The position numbers and the translations under genes are program-made. A DNA stretch of 64,000 nt from an uncultured Gemmatimonadaceae bacterium (GTDB lineage: Bacteria > Gemmatimonadota > Gemmatimonadetes > Gemmatimonadales > Gemmatimonadaceae), in assembly GCA_963761305.1 (NCBI GenBank), contig CAVXGK010000001.1, forward strand, positions 96,001 through 160,000, read 5' to 3'. Of the stretch, positions 9,494-18,104 are shown piece by piece; position 1 is the stretch's first letter; each line of letters begins with the position of its first letter. A model generated the notes under the pieces. That model did no database searches. It worked only from the letters and a program-made list of their open reading frames with translations, and was not told where the DNA came from.

Positions 9494-10336
9494 GTGGTCG
9501 CGGACGCGATGCCTGTCAAACCGACCGCACAAACGGTGTGGCCGTTCGACATTGGGATAATCGGTGCCGGCATCGTCGGGTCGCATCAAATGACCCGCGA
9601 GGCCGAAGAGGTGGTTCGGCGCAGCAACCATACGTTTGTCATCGCCTCCGGGTACGGGCTACCCGAGTACTTCAAGACGATCTGCCCGAAGGTTACAGAT
9701 CTCGGCTACCTCTACGAGCCGGGCATGAACCGCCTTTCGACCTACCAACGCATGGCGGCCGAAGTCGTTTCCGCAGCCCTTGCGGAACGTCCCGTTTGTC
9801 TGGCGGTCTACGGCCACCCATGGGTGTACTGTCACCCGACGGCGCTGATCTCGCGCGCGGCGCCGCTCGTTGGACTCCACGTCGAAGTATTCGCCGGGGT
9901 ATCGGCCTTTGACACGCTCCTCGTCGACCTGGGAACCGATATCGCCGAACACGGCATCCAGATGTATGAGGCGACGGACGTTCTTCTCCGTCGGCGCCCG
10001 CTGCAAACCGACGTCACTACCGTGTTGTGGCAGCCGACCGTCGTCGGCGATCCCACCTATCCGTCCGGCCCGTACTCGCGCGAACAGTTTCTGTCTTTGC
10101 AGGAGTATTTGCTGACGTTCTACCCGGCCACGCACCAAGTGAAGCTCGTAACCAGCAAAACGCACCCGCTTGCTCGATCGTCGGTGAGCACCTTCGAGCT
10201 GGGCGGCCTCGCCGAACAGCTCGCGGGCGCGCCGTCGATGGGAACGCTCTACATCCCGCCGGCCATCGACCGCCCCGTTGAGGACCACGCGTTGCTCGAC
10301 TTCATGGTCAACGCGGGATCGAGCCCACAGGCGTGA
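9494..10336 (+). CDS. Borosin-type peptide alpha-N-methyltransferase (tetrapyrrole methylase fold; OphMA/SonM-like)
   Basis: IIGAGI..QMT, Y-x5-R-x3-Y (YEPGMNRLSTY), YGHP, GVSAFDTLLVDLG, YEATD.L.R, LWQ..VVG, TLYIPP. Confidence 0.88.
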   Translation: MVADAMPVKPTAQTVWPFDIGIIGAGIVGSHQMTREAEEVVRRSNHTFVIASGYGLPEYFKTICPKVTDLGYLYEPGMNRLSTYQRMAAEVVSAALAERPVCLAVYGHPWVYCHPTALISRAAPLVGLHVEVFAGVSAFDTLLVDLGTDIAEHGIQMYEATDVLLRRRPLQTDVTTVLWQPTVVGDPTYPSGPYSREQFLSLQEYLLTFYPATHQVKLVTSKTHPLARSSVSTFELGGLAEQLAGAPSMGTLYIPPAIDRPVEDHALLDFMVNAGSSPQA

Positions 10337-11231
10337 GCCGCGCGTAGCGGCGAACAAACCATAAAAAGCGCCGCCCATCCGCCGCGCCAATGCCGCAACG
10401 CAGGTGATCGGCGGCTTCATGCGCGACGACCTCGATCCTGAAGCGGTCTGGCGTCCCCTCGACGAGCAGACTGTTCAACGCACCAGATTGCGCGTCAGCC
10501 TCCAGGTCGATGAGGTCGTCGATGCGCCATAGAGCCTCGCCGAGATGAGTTGCGGCGTCGATGTCGCCTCGGACGAGCGTTGCTATGATCAGGAACGGCA
10601 GGACCGAGGTATCTCGGGATGCTTTCAAGAGGTCGGCAGGCGCGGCCAACGATGGCGCGATGGACTGCTGCTCAGCTCTGAAAGCGTCTGCGAGCAGACG
10701 ACCGACGTCTCTCCGCACCGACAGCGGTTCGGTCGCGTGCAGCAGTGAAAAGAATGCGTCGATGACTCGTGCGGCGAAAGTGAGCGTCGGATCTGCTACT
10801 CCGGCCGCGGATAGTGAGGCGAGCATGCGTCCGTGCTGCCACCGTTGTTCGGTTGCCGCGGATTCGAGATCGAGCGACCGGATGCCTTCCATCAACGCCG
10901 CGCCCCGACGCGGGTCGGAGTCACACAGGCTATCGATCATCCCAACGCCGAGATTGAACAGCGCGCAGAGCAGGTATTGGTGGTCGTCGCCCACGGCGCC
11001 CGCGGTGAAGGCCAAGAGGTCCGCCGTGACCCATCCGAAGAGGAGCGCTTGTTCGATGCGCGACCGCACCTCGGCGCTTTCAAAGGCGATATTGACGTCC
11101 AGAGCGGAGACGTCGAATTCGGGAAAGCAGAGCGCGATTGCCCGCGGCAGCAACTCGGGGAGAGGAGACGTCGATAGGCCCGTCGTCGCCGACCGACGGC
11201 TCATGTGCCTGCAGCTCCGCGTGGAGCGCAT
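10308..11231 (-). CDS. Class I isoprenoid-synthase-fold protein (terpene synthase/prenyltransferase-like); true start uncertain
   Basis: All-helical; acidic motifs 'IDSLCD' and 'WRIDDLIDLEAD' followed by G..N. Confidence 0.65.
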   Translation of the reverse strand: MRSTRSCRHMSRRSATTGLSTSPLPELLPRAIALCFPEFDVSALDVNIAFESAEVRSRIEQALLFGWVTADLLAFTAGAVGDDHQYLLCALFNLGVGMIDSLCDSDPRRGAALMEGIRSLDLESAATEQRWQHGRMLASLSAAGVADPTLTFAARVIDAFFSLLHATEPLSVRRDVGRLLADAFRAEQQSIAPSLAAPADLLKASRDTSVLPFLIIATLVRGDIDAATHLGEALWRIDDLIDLEADAQSGALNSLLVEGTPDRFRIEVVAHEAADHLRCGIGAADGRRFLWFVRRYARLTPVGSIPR

Positions 11232-11266
11232 AGCGTGCCGTATCAGCGATGCTCATGCGTGGGTAC

Positions 11267-12295
11267 TCATGCGCGGGCACCAGTGAGCGCAATGGACGCC
11301 CGTGCCAAAGCCGCGACGCACGTGGCTGTGGTGAACGTGCGTTGCTGGTCCGCGACTTCCATCCCACCGTCAAAGCGAACGAGCCGCCACCTCCGGTCAT
11401 CGGATTCTGTTGTATCCGGGGGCACGGGAATGCGCAGCATCGAGGCGCTGGACCAACTTCCATCGGCGAGTTGATGGTGTTGGAGTATGTCGATTGCGTG
11501 GTTGATCGCCTCGAAGTCCCGCGGCGTCGCGCTGACGACGATCGAGAGGCAGAGCGCGATGTTGAACGCCGGGCCGTCGCGATTCAGGATGCGAACCGCC
11601 CACTTGGCGGCTCGCTCGATGGGTTCGGTGTCTCCGAGCGAAGCACCGAGTCTGACCGCTTGTTCCGTCGCGACGTGTGGAGTGGTCCACCAGTACGAAC
11701 CCCAACTCCCGTTCGGTCGTTGCCTCGATCGGATGTAGCGCCACGCCGAATCGTTGGATGACGAGGGGTCGATCGCCCCGAGAGCGCGAGTTGCTGTTGC
11801 GCTGACCTCGACGGTCGACTTGCACCAACCGTGGAAGGGCAGCCATCGCGGAAGCGACGTGTAGCGACGGATCGGTCCGGCTTTGTCGTAGGTCGCGATC
11901 CCGCCGTCACGGCGCCGGTGCCGCCGTAGAAAACCCGCGGCGCGCGGAATAGCGTTGCGGCAATCAATAGGGCTACTGAAGAGCGCCAGGACGACCCACG
12001 AGGTGGAGTCAGCATCGCTCGGTGTGTCCTCGTTGTAGCCCCACCCCCCGTCTGGGTTCTGACGTTCCACCAGAGCGCGAGCGGCGCGCGAAAGACTGCT
12101 GCGATCAGCGCCGGCCGCACGCGCCGCCGAAAGCACATACCCGGTCGGCCAGCATGAGGCCTGGCCCGCAGGCGTCATGAAATCGCGCCACATCCCGTCG
12201 TCGTGCTGTCCCTTCAATAAGAAGTCGATGCCACGCCGAACCGCTGGTTCTGCTGCACATTGACCTGTCGACGCATCCGTCGCTCGCGCTGTCAT
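11267..12295 (-). CDS. Single-domain prenyltransferase/squalene-hopene-cyclase-repeat protein (class II terpene cyclase-like)
   Basis: QW-type repeats QHDDGMW, QNPDGGWG, QRPNGSWG, QLADGSW; 'SDADST' at the DxDD position; ATGA overlap with the upstream gene. Confidence 0.85.
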   Translation of the reverse strand: MTARATDASTGQCAAEPAVRRGIDFLLKGQHDDGMWRDFMTPAGQASCWPTGYVLSAARAAGADRSSLSRAARALVERQNPDGGWGYNEDTPSDADSTSWVVLALFSSPIDCRNAIPRAAGFLRRHRRRDGGIATYDKAGPIRRYTSLPRWLPFHGWCKSTVEVSATATRALGAIDPSSSNDSAWRYIRSRQRPNGSWGSYWWTTPHVATEQAVRLGASLGDTEPIERAAKWAVRILNRDGPAFNIALCLSIVVSATPRDFEAINHAIDILQHHQLADGSWSSASMLRIPVPPDTTESDDRRWRLVRFDGGMEVADQQRTFTTATCVAALARASIALTGARA

Positions 12296-15200
12296 GGCCC
12301 AGACGAAGCTGTCGCTGCCCGGCCCGGCGACACACTTGGCTGCTTGACGCGTGAAGGGCTCGCCCAATATGCCTCAACCCAGCCGGTGATCGGGTAGACC
12401 ATGCTGTCGCCCTCGATGATCCCGGCACCGGCAACGATTTGCGCGGCCGGGACGTCCTTCACCCCGCCAGTGGGATCGAGAATGTCGAACTGCGGTTGTG
12501 GATCGAACGCGTCGGTCTCGATGCCGTTATCGAAGACATGGTCCAGGTAGAGTGCGTAGATCCCCGAGATGAAGACGGCGCTCGCGAACTCGATCAAGTC
12601 TTCGCCGGTCCCGAGCTCGGCGGCTCCCGAGGAGAGCAGATTGAGCTGATCGGTGCTGTAGGTCTCGTTCCGGCTGTTCGGCAGCGCAGGCGCTTGATAC
12701 GTCCGACCGTCTCGGCTCTGTTCGAGGAGATCGACCGTGACGTCGACACCGTCGCCGGCGGGATTGAGCTGGAGCCGCACCTGGCACGGGCTGCGAACGT
12801 TGAAGCGGTAGGACACAAATAGTTGCGCGTCGCGCTTCGGCCGCACCCCGGGCGGGCGGACGGTGAACGTCGCGCTGTGGTTGCCGCTAAAGGGCTTCTC
12901 CTTGATCTTCGAATGCATCTCGATCTGTGAGGATCTGAAAGTCAGGACCTTGATTAGCTCTTCGAACCCGTGGCTGCTATAGGTCGGACTGAGGAGCGGG
13001 CCGTCGTCGTCCACGCCATCCTGGTAACGCGTGCCGACATTGATCGTGTAGGTCTGGCCGCTGAGATACGGGCGCGAGATGAAGAGCGCGCGAGTGCGCG
13101 GAACCCCACCATCGGCGGGCTGCACAACATTGGCCGACGCCAGGAGCAACGGCGGATGGATCTCGGTGCGGAGTTGGCCGTCCACATTATGCCCGGCGTC
13201 GAGAATCCAGCGGCCGAGTACGGCCACCCGGTCTCCGTGGTTCACCCGGCCGCGATAGCTCTGCGGCAGCAGGTCCTTCTCCCATTCCAGCCCGAGCAGT
13301 CCTAGGGGCCTGGTCAACCCGAGCTGATCGGCCAGCGCGATGGTGTTCTCGTTGGGGCTGTCGTCCTCTTCTTCCTTGTGGACGTTCGCCGGGCTGACGA
13401 AGCCCTCGTAACCCTTGTCCACGGCGATGCCGAGCTCCCAGTCGAAGCCGAACGGATGGCTGAAGGGCACGTCGGCACCCGACTCCTCGGGCTTCACCAC
13501 CCAGCCGGAGACCCCAACGGGGTTGTCGTCGTATTCGTTCGCCGCGTCGAGCGCTTGCTGCCACTCGAAGGAAATGTCGGTGGGAAAGCTGCCAGACGCG
13601 TTGGCCCAATCGCTGCCGCCGGGCGGCGGCGGATTGATGAACCCACCGAGCGTCAGGATGTCGGCTGGCGCGAAGGGAATCTGGGCATCGCTCACCATCA
13701 TCGTGGACACCCACAAGCCCGTGGAATCCTTCATGCCGACATTGGCGGCGACGGCGACACGGCCCGGCTCGATCGCGCAAACGTCAGTCAGGGTGACGTC
13801 CAGGTCCGCCCGGTTGGTCATGTCTCCCGTCTCGATCAGCATCGGGACGCCCGACGCATCGTCGAGGAGTTGCCACGTCGTGACTTTGAGGCTCCCCGTG
13901 CCCCGCCGGTGCGAGGTGATGACGGTTGGACGAAGGCTCGGCGCCGTCAGGCAGACGGTGACGCCGATGTTGCTCGCGTCGCCATCAGTGTGCCCCTGGT
14001 CGCCGCTGTCGGTCAGCCGCGTGATCGTGCGGTCGTCGACTGACGCACGCCACACGATGACCAGTAAGCCGTTGGATCCGTCGCTCACCGCGGTCACGAC
14101 GTTCTTGTTGGAGTCGGCATCGTCGAGCGCAACCACGGCGATCTCCCCGATCTCGCCCGCATGGCCGTCCTGCTTCCAACGCGTGACGGTTCCGTCGGTG
14201 CCGATGGTCCAGCCGATCACGAGAAGGTTGCCGCTGCCGTCACGAACCGCGGTCACGACGTTCGAATCGTCGAGCGCCGTCAGGGCGATCAGGTCGATCT
14301 CGCCGGCTTGAGCATTCTCATGATTCAGGCGCGACAGTGTACCATCAGGTTCGATGCGCCACACGATGAGCAACAGGTTTCCGCTCAGGTTTCGAACCGC
14401 GGTCACCACCAGATCCGGCTCGAGCAGGGTGGCGGTGATGAGATCCGCACCTCCGGCCGCGGTGCCGGTTTGATGCACCCAGTCGATCGACGAGAGATCG
14501 CCGGCGATGTTCCAACTGTCGAGGCGGAGGGTTGCCGGGACGTTTGCCCGCCCCGCGCTTGTGGCGGTCACTGCCTGCTGCCCCCTCACGACGAGGGCGA
14601 CATCGCCGGCGACGATTGGATGACCCGACGTATCGGCGGCGCGCGTCACGGCGAAGTTCGCGGCCGTCACATCCCAGCCGATCAACTCGAGGTTTCCAGA
14701 CTCATTCCGCAGCGCGACGATGGCCTGATTCGCATTCAGCGCGCGAACCCGGATGGACGTTGCCTCGTCGTCAGTGGCTACAGCGAGCGGGCGGACGAGC
14801 GTCGCGGACAGATCTGAGAGGTTGTAGGCAACGAGTCCGAAGCCGTCGTCGTTCGCCAGCGTGGTCGCGAACTGTCCGTTCGCCAGAAAAACCGGCGCGA
14901 CCCCACCGATGTTCCGGAAACTGTCATCGTCCAGCTCACCGGTGAGGATTAGAGCGAGGCCGGACCCGTCTTCGATCACTTCGAACGCGAGGTTGACCAG
15001 CAGGTCGTACCCGGCCATTCCGGAGAGGAATACCAACGGCCTGCCGGCGGGTCCGATCGAGCCCACGGTGAGGCTGACCTGGGACAGTTCGTCCACGGTA
15101 GTTTGCGCGAGCCTGGTGACGGAACTGTTCGTCGTGGACGCAGCCCAGACCGAAACGATGACCTCGGTCTGGAAGGAAACGGACTGCCCGGTGACGACCG

Positions 15201-15993
15201 GTGTGATCCGCCGGTACGCCAGGACGAACTTGGGCTCCGGTCCCGGATCGCCCAGCGGCGCCATGCAGAGATTGTCTGCCAGCTGTTCCTCGACGGGCGA
15301 GCCCCACCATTTGGTGGGCTGGTTCGAGGCATTCAGCGCCCACGCGGCCAGTTCGAGCCCGCCGCTCATGTTGATTTTCGCCGTGACGAAATTCGATCCG
15401 TCGATGGCGGCACCCGCGATCAACCCGCCGCCCAAAGGCACGGGGACGCCGGTCTGGGTGCTGCCGGGCGGTTGGTACGTTGTGGACCCGTAGGCGACGG
15501 ATCCGCCTTGTCCCGGACCATTGTCCAGCCGGGATATGTGCCCGTTGGCATCCACACTCCAGGGGATGATGAGAAGATTCCCCGCGCCGTTTCGGCAAGG
15601 TGTCACCAGCACGCTATCGCTGAGCGGCATGATCGCGATGTACGAGGCGTTTCCCGCCTGGTTGTCGACGATTTCCAGCCGGGAGATGGTGCCGTCAGCC
15701 TCGAGCGCCCACGGGATGAGGAGGAGCTTGCCGTCGCCGTTCTGAACCGCCGTGACGCAGTGTTCGCCCATCATCGCCAGCGCGATGCCGCCGACCTCGC
15801 CCGCTTGTGTCCCGCTGTCGCTCAGTCGCGCGAGATTGCGATTGGCGGCGTCCGGCGCCCAGACGATGAGCTCGAGGTTGTCGGACCCGTTACACACTGC
15901 CGTCAACAACTTGCCGGAGCTGAACACGCCGGAAGCGATGGCACTCACCTCTCCCGCGCCGGCGCGGGCAAACTCCCTGATGACGGTTGGCAT
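12292..15993 (-). CDS. Large hypothetical protein: tandem ~50-aa beta-propeller-like repeats plus an unknown C-terminal domain
   Basis: Repeat consensus AGE..xIA...VTAVR[ND]GxG[NK]LxLIxWxxxxDGxxxR; GAGAGG RBS; no signal peptide visible. Confidence 0.85.
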   Translation of the reverse strand: MPTVIREFARAGAGEVSAIASGVFSSGKLLTAVCNGSDNLELIVWAPDAANRNLARLSDSGTQAGEVGGIALAMMGEHCVTAVQNGDGKLLLIPWALEADGTISRLEIVDNQAGNASYIAIMPLSDSVLVTPCRNGAGNLLIIPWSVDANGHISRLDNGPGQGGSVAYGSTTYQPPGSTQTGVPVPLGGGLIAGAAIDGSNFVTAKINMSGGLELAAWALNASNQPTKWWGSPVEEQLADNLCMAPLGDPGPEPKFVLAYRRITPVVTGQSVSFQTEVIVSVWAASTTNSSVTRLAQTTVDELSQVSLTVGSIGPAGRPLVFLSGMAGYDLLVNLAFEVIEDGSGLALILTGELDDDSFRNIGGVAPVFLANGQFATTLANDDGFGLVAYNLSDLSATLVRPLAVATDDEATSIRVRALNANQAIVALRNESGNLELIGWDVTAANFAVTRAADTSGHPIVAGDVALVVRGQQAVTATSAGRANVPATLRLDSWNIAGDLSSIDWVHQTGTAAGGADLITATLLEPDLVVTAVRNLSGNLLLIVWRIEPDGTLSRLNHENAQAGEIDLIALTALDDSNVVTAVRDGSGNLLVIGWTIGTDGTVTRWKQDGHAGEIGEIAVVALDDADSNKNVVTAVSDGSNGLLVIVWRASVDDRTITRLTDSGDQGHTDGDASNIGVTVCLTAPSLRPTVITSHRRGTGSLKVTTWQLLDDASGVPMLIETGDMTNRADLDVTLTDVCAIEPGRVAVAANVGMKDSTGLWVSTMMVSDAQIPFAPADILTLGGFINPPPPGGSDWANASGSFPTDISFEWQQALDAANEYDDNPVGVSGWVVKPEESGADVPFSHPFGFDWELGIAVDKGYEGFVSPANVHKEEEDDSPNENTIALADQLGLTRPLGLLGLEWEKDLLPQSYRGRVNHGDRVAVLGRWILDAGHNVDGQLRTEIHPPLLLASANVVQPADGGVPRTRALFISRPYLSGQTYTINVGTRYQDGVDDDGPLLSPTYSSHGFEELIKVLTFRSSQIEMHSKIKEKPFSGNHSATFTVRPPGVRPKRDAQLFVSYRFNVRSPCQVRLQLNPAGDGVDVTVDLLEQSRDGRTYQAPALPNSRNETYSTDQLNLLSSGAAELGTGEDLIEFASAVFISGIYALYLDHVFDNGIETDAFDPQPQFDILDPTGGVKDVPAAQIVAGAGIIEGDSMVYPITGWVEAYWASPSRVKQPSVSPGRAATASSGP

Positions 15994-16449
15994 GATGACC
16001 TCTCCTCACGATCGGTGTAGGATTCAGACTGCGACGGCCGCCATCACTGCGTGGCGGGCCGTTTGCTTTGGAGCGAATGAGCGAGCGCCCTGTTAGGCGA
16101 TCGAGACCAGGCGCCTCCGTGATGGAGGCGATCGCTCCCGCCTCGCCGAGCGATGCAATTCGCGCTAGGAGTTAGCTGACTCGGTCCACGTTCGGAAGGT
16201 GACGCGCGTAACGGCTGCGTCGAGGTTCAAGATTAGAAGCGTCTAATCTTCGACTTCGCAGGCTGCACTCGTCGAAGCCGTTGTTCGCTGCCGCGGATCT
16301 GCGACACCCGAGCTAGCTTCCTTTGCATCCGCGGTCAGACTGAAAGCGAACGACGTTCCTGACGACTCGCGATTCTCGGCGGAGGACGCGTCGCGATGAA
16401 ACTGATGAGCACGTTCAGGTCGAACTTGAAGCAACCGAGGCGGTAGAAC

Positions 16450-16710
16450 ATGCAAAAGAAAATCGTGGCCGTAGACGCTGAGGCCGGACCGGTGACGATC
16501 GCGCTGCGCGACGCGCACCAGCAGCACCACGACTTGAAGTACGGCGTGGAAACGTTGGCATCGCCCGGAGTGCCAGGGTGGCAGCGCGTTACCCTGCGCG
16601 CAGATGCCCCTGAGACGCTCCGCGAGGTGATCGACCTACTCGCTCAGCGATTCGGCGACGCGAAGGTCGACGAAACAATGGCCGCGTTCGCCAAGGGCCA
16701 AAGCCCGTGA
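16450..16710 (+). CDS. Small hypothetical protein
   Basis: 86-aa ORF, ATG preceded by GAGGCGG, plausible composition. Confidence 0.55.
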   Translation: MQKKIVAVDAEAGPVTIALRDAHQQHHDLKYGVETLASPGVPGWQRVTLRADAPETLREVIDLLAQRFGDAKVDETMAAFAKGQSP

Positions 16711-16774
16711 GCGTGCAAAGAACTGGAGTCGCGGCTATCCTGCCCTGCTACTCGGGACGGCGTTCAACGGTTGG

Positions 16775-17893
16775 CTACTGCCTGGGCAGATGCACGGTGA
16801 AGATCGTGCCCTTCTCAGCCGAGGAGCTGGCGTCGATCGTTCCACCGTGCGCCTTCACGATCTCGCCCGCGATGTAGAGACCGAGTCCGAGATGGTCGCC
16901 GCCGGCGCGGTCCGAGTCGCTCTGTCCCGTCGCACCGAGAATCTGCTCCAGCTTCCCGCGGGGAATGGGCGGCCCTTGGTTTTGGATCGAGATCACGACC
17001 TCCTTCGCCATGCCTTGCGCGGCGACGTTGATCGGCTTCCCACTCGGCCCGTGGTGCACGGCGTTCGCAATGAGGTTGGTGAGTGCCTGGGCCAGTCGAG
17101 TGGCGTCCCAGTCTCCGTGCAACTCGCCGCTCGCGCCCACATTCACGTGAGCATGCGGGTGCGACGCTCGGATCTCGTCGACGACGTCGCTCACGAGCCG
17201 CCCGAGATCCGTCTCGGCGCGCACGATCGGAATTCCCTGCCCGAACTGGCCGCGCGCGAAATCGAGAACGTCGCCGACCATCTGATTCATTCGCTCGGCG
17301 CTCTTCAGAATCATCTTGATGTGGCCGAGTGTCGGCTCGCGAGGCTCGGTAGTTTCCAGTATCAAGCCGGCGGTCATCGAGACGGCGCTCAGCGGTGTCC
17401 GCAGATCGTGGCCGAGTATGGCGAGAAATCGATCTTTCGAGTGACCGAGCTCGCGCGTATAGCGCGTGATGGACTCGGCGATCGCCTGATCGATGGCTTC
17501 GTGGAACTTCGCCATCTCGTCGAGATCCGCGCGAGTAATGTCGCGCTGCTTTTCGGTCCAGAGTCGGATGACCGTCGCGCGAAGCGCGCGAAACTCGGCC
17601 ACCATCTCGCCGACGGTGAAGCCGCGCTCCGCGCGAGCGGCACCGTGGCTCTGGGCGGCGGCTGACGCCTCGTCGCCGGTGTCTGTCTTTCCCTTGGCTT
17701 CTTGAGCTTGTTCCTGCTGTGGCTTCGGCCGCTCGAGCTCGCGGGCGATGCTCTCGAGCATTCCCGCGGCATGGTCGCGGAGGGCCGAGATGTCCATGGA
17801 GGCGCCCGCGGGCAGGCTCGCGGCGAACGTCTCCCACTCCGAGAGGATGTGGTCGGTGTTCTCCCGGATGAATTCAGCCAGTCTCGACATCAT
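16775..17893 (-). CDS. Cytoplasmic sensor histidine kinase with RsbRD_N-like N-terminal domain
   Basis: H-box GHDLRTPL, N-box NLIANAVHH, G-box GLGLYIA..IV..HGG; N-terminus 'FIRENTDHILSEWE...LRDHA'. Confidence 0.92.
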   Translation of the reverse strand: MMSRLAEFIRENTDHILSEWETFAASLPAGASMDISALRDHAAGMLESIARELERPKPQQEQAQEAKGKTDTGDEASAAAQSHGAARAERGFTVGEMVAEFRALRATVIRLWTEKQRDITRADLDEMAKFHEAIDQAIAESITRYTRELGHSKDRFLAILGHDLRTPLSAVSMTAGLILETTEPREPTLGHIKMILKSAERMNQMVGDVLDFARGQFGQGIPIVRAETDLGRLVSDVVDEIRASHPHAHVNVGASGELHGDWDATRLAQALTNLIANAVHHGPSGKPINVAAQGMAKEVVISIQNQGPPIPRGKLEQILGATGQSDSDRAGGDHLGLGLYIAGEIVKAHGGTIDASSSAEKGTIFTVHLPRQ

Positions 17894-18054
17894 GTGCGGG
17901 CGGGCGTTTGGTGGTTCGCACTTGGGGCGCGCGTTTCATGCCGAATCGACGATGCTTGCGCGAGGAAGCGCGTCCGCGGTCATGTCGAGCAGATCGTCCC
18001 TATCTTGCAGCTAGGTACGACCGAGTAAGAACGCGCGCATCAGATCGGTAGCAG

Positions 18055-18104
18055 CTTGAAGACCGGCGTCCGAAAGGACCGGGAGGTTCCAATGCCTCCG
18101 TTGG
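18055..18104 (+). repeat. Degenerate third copy of the tRNA-Ser(TGA) 3' half
   Basis: cttgaagaccggcgtccgaaaggaccgggaggttccaatgcctccgttgg aligns to 2977-3032 with substitutions and a short deletion. Confidence 0.8.

Larger units (their letters stand above)
4430..18104. mobile_element. Second, older island (~13.7 kb) at tRNA-Ser(TGA), bounded by a degenerate tRNA 3' copy
   Basis: Degenerate att copy at 18055-18104; accessory gene content; no integrase seen. Confidence 0.6.

Noticed and set aside
15994..16449. Riboswitch or ncRNA upstream of the large repeat-protein gene
   Set aside because: Only short GC-rich hairpins, with no recognisable aptamer consensus.
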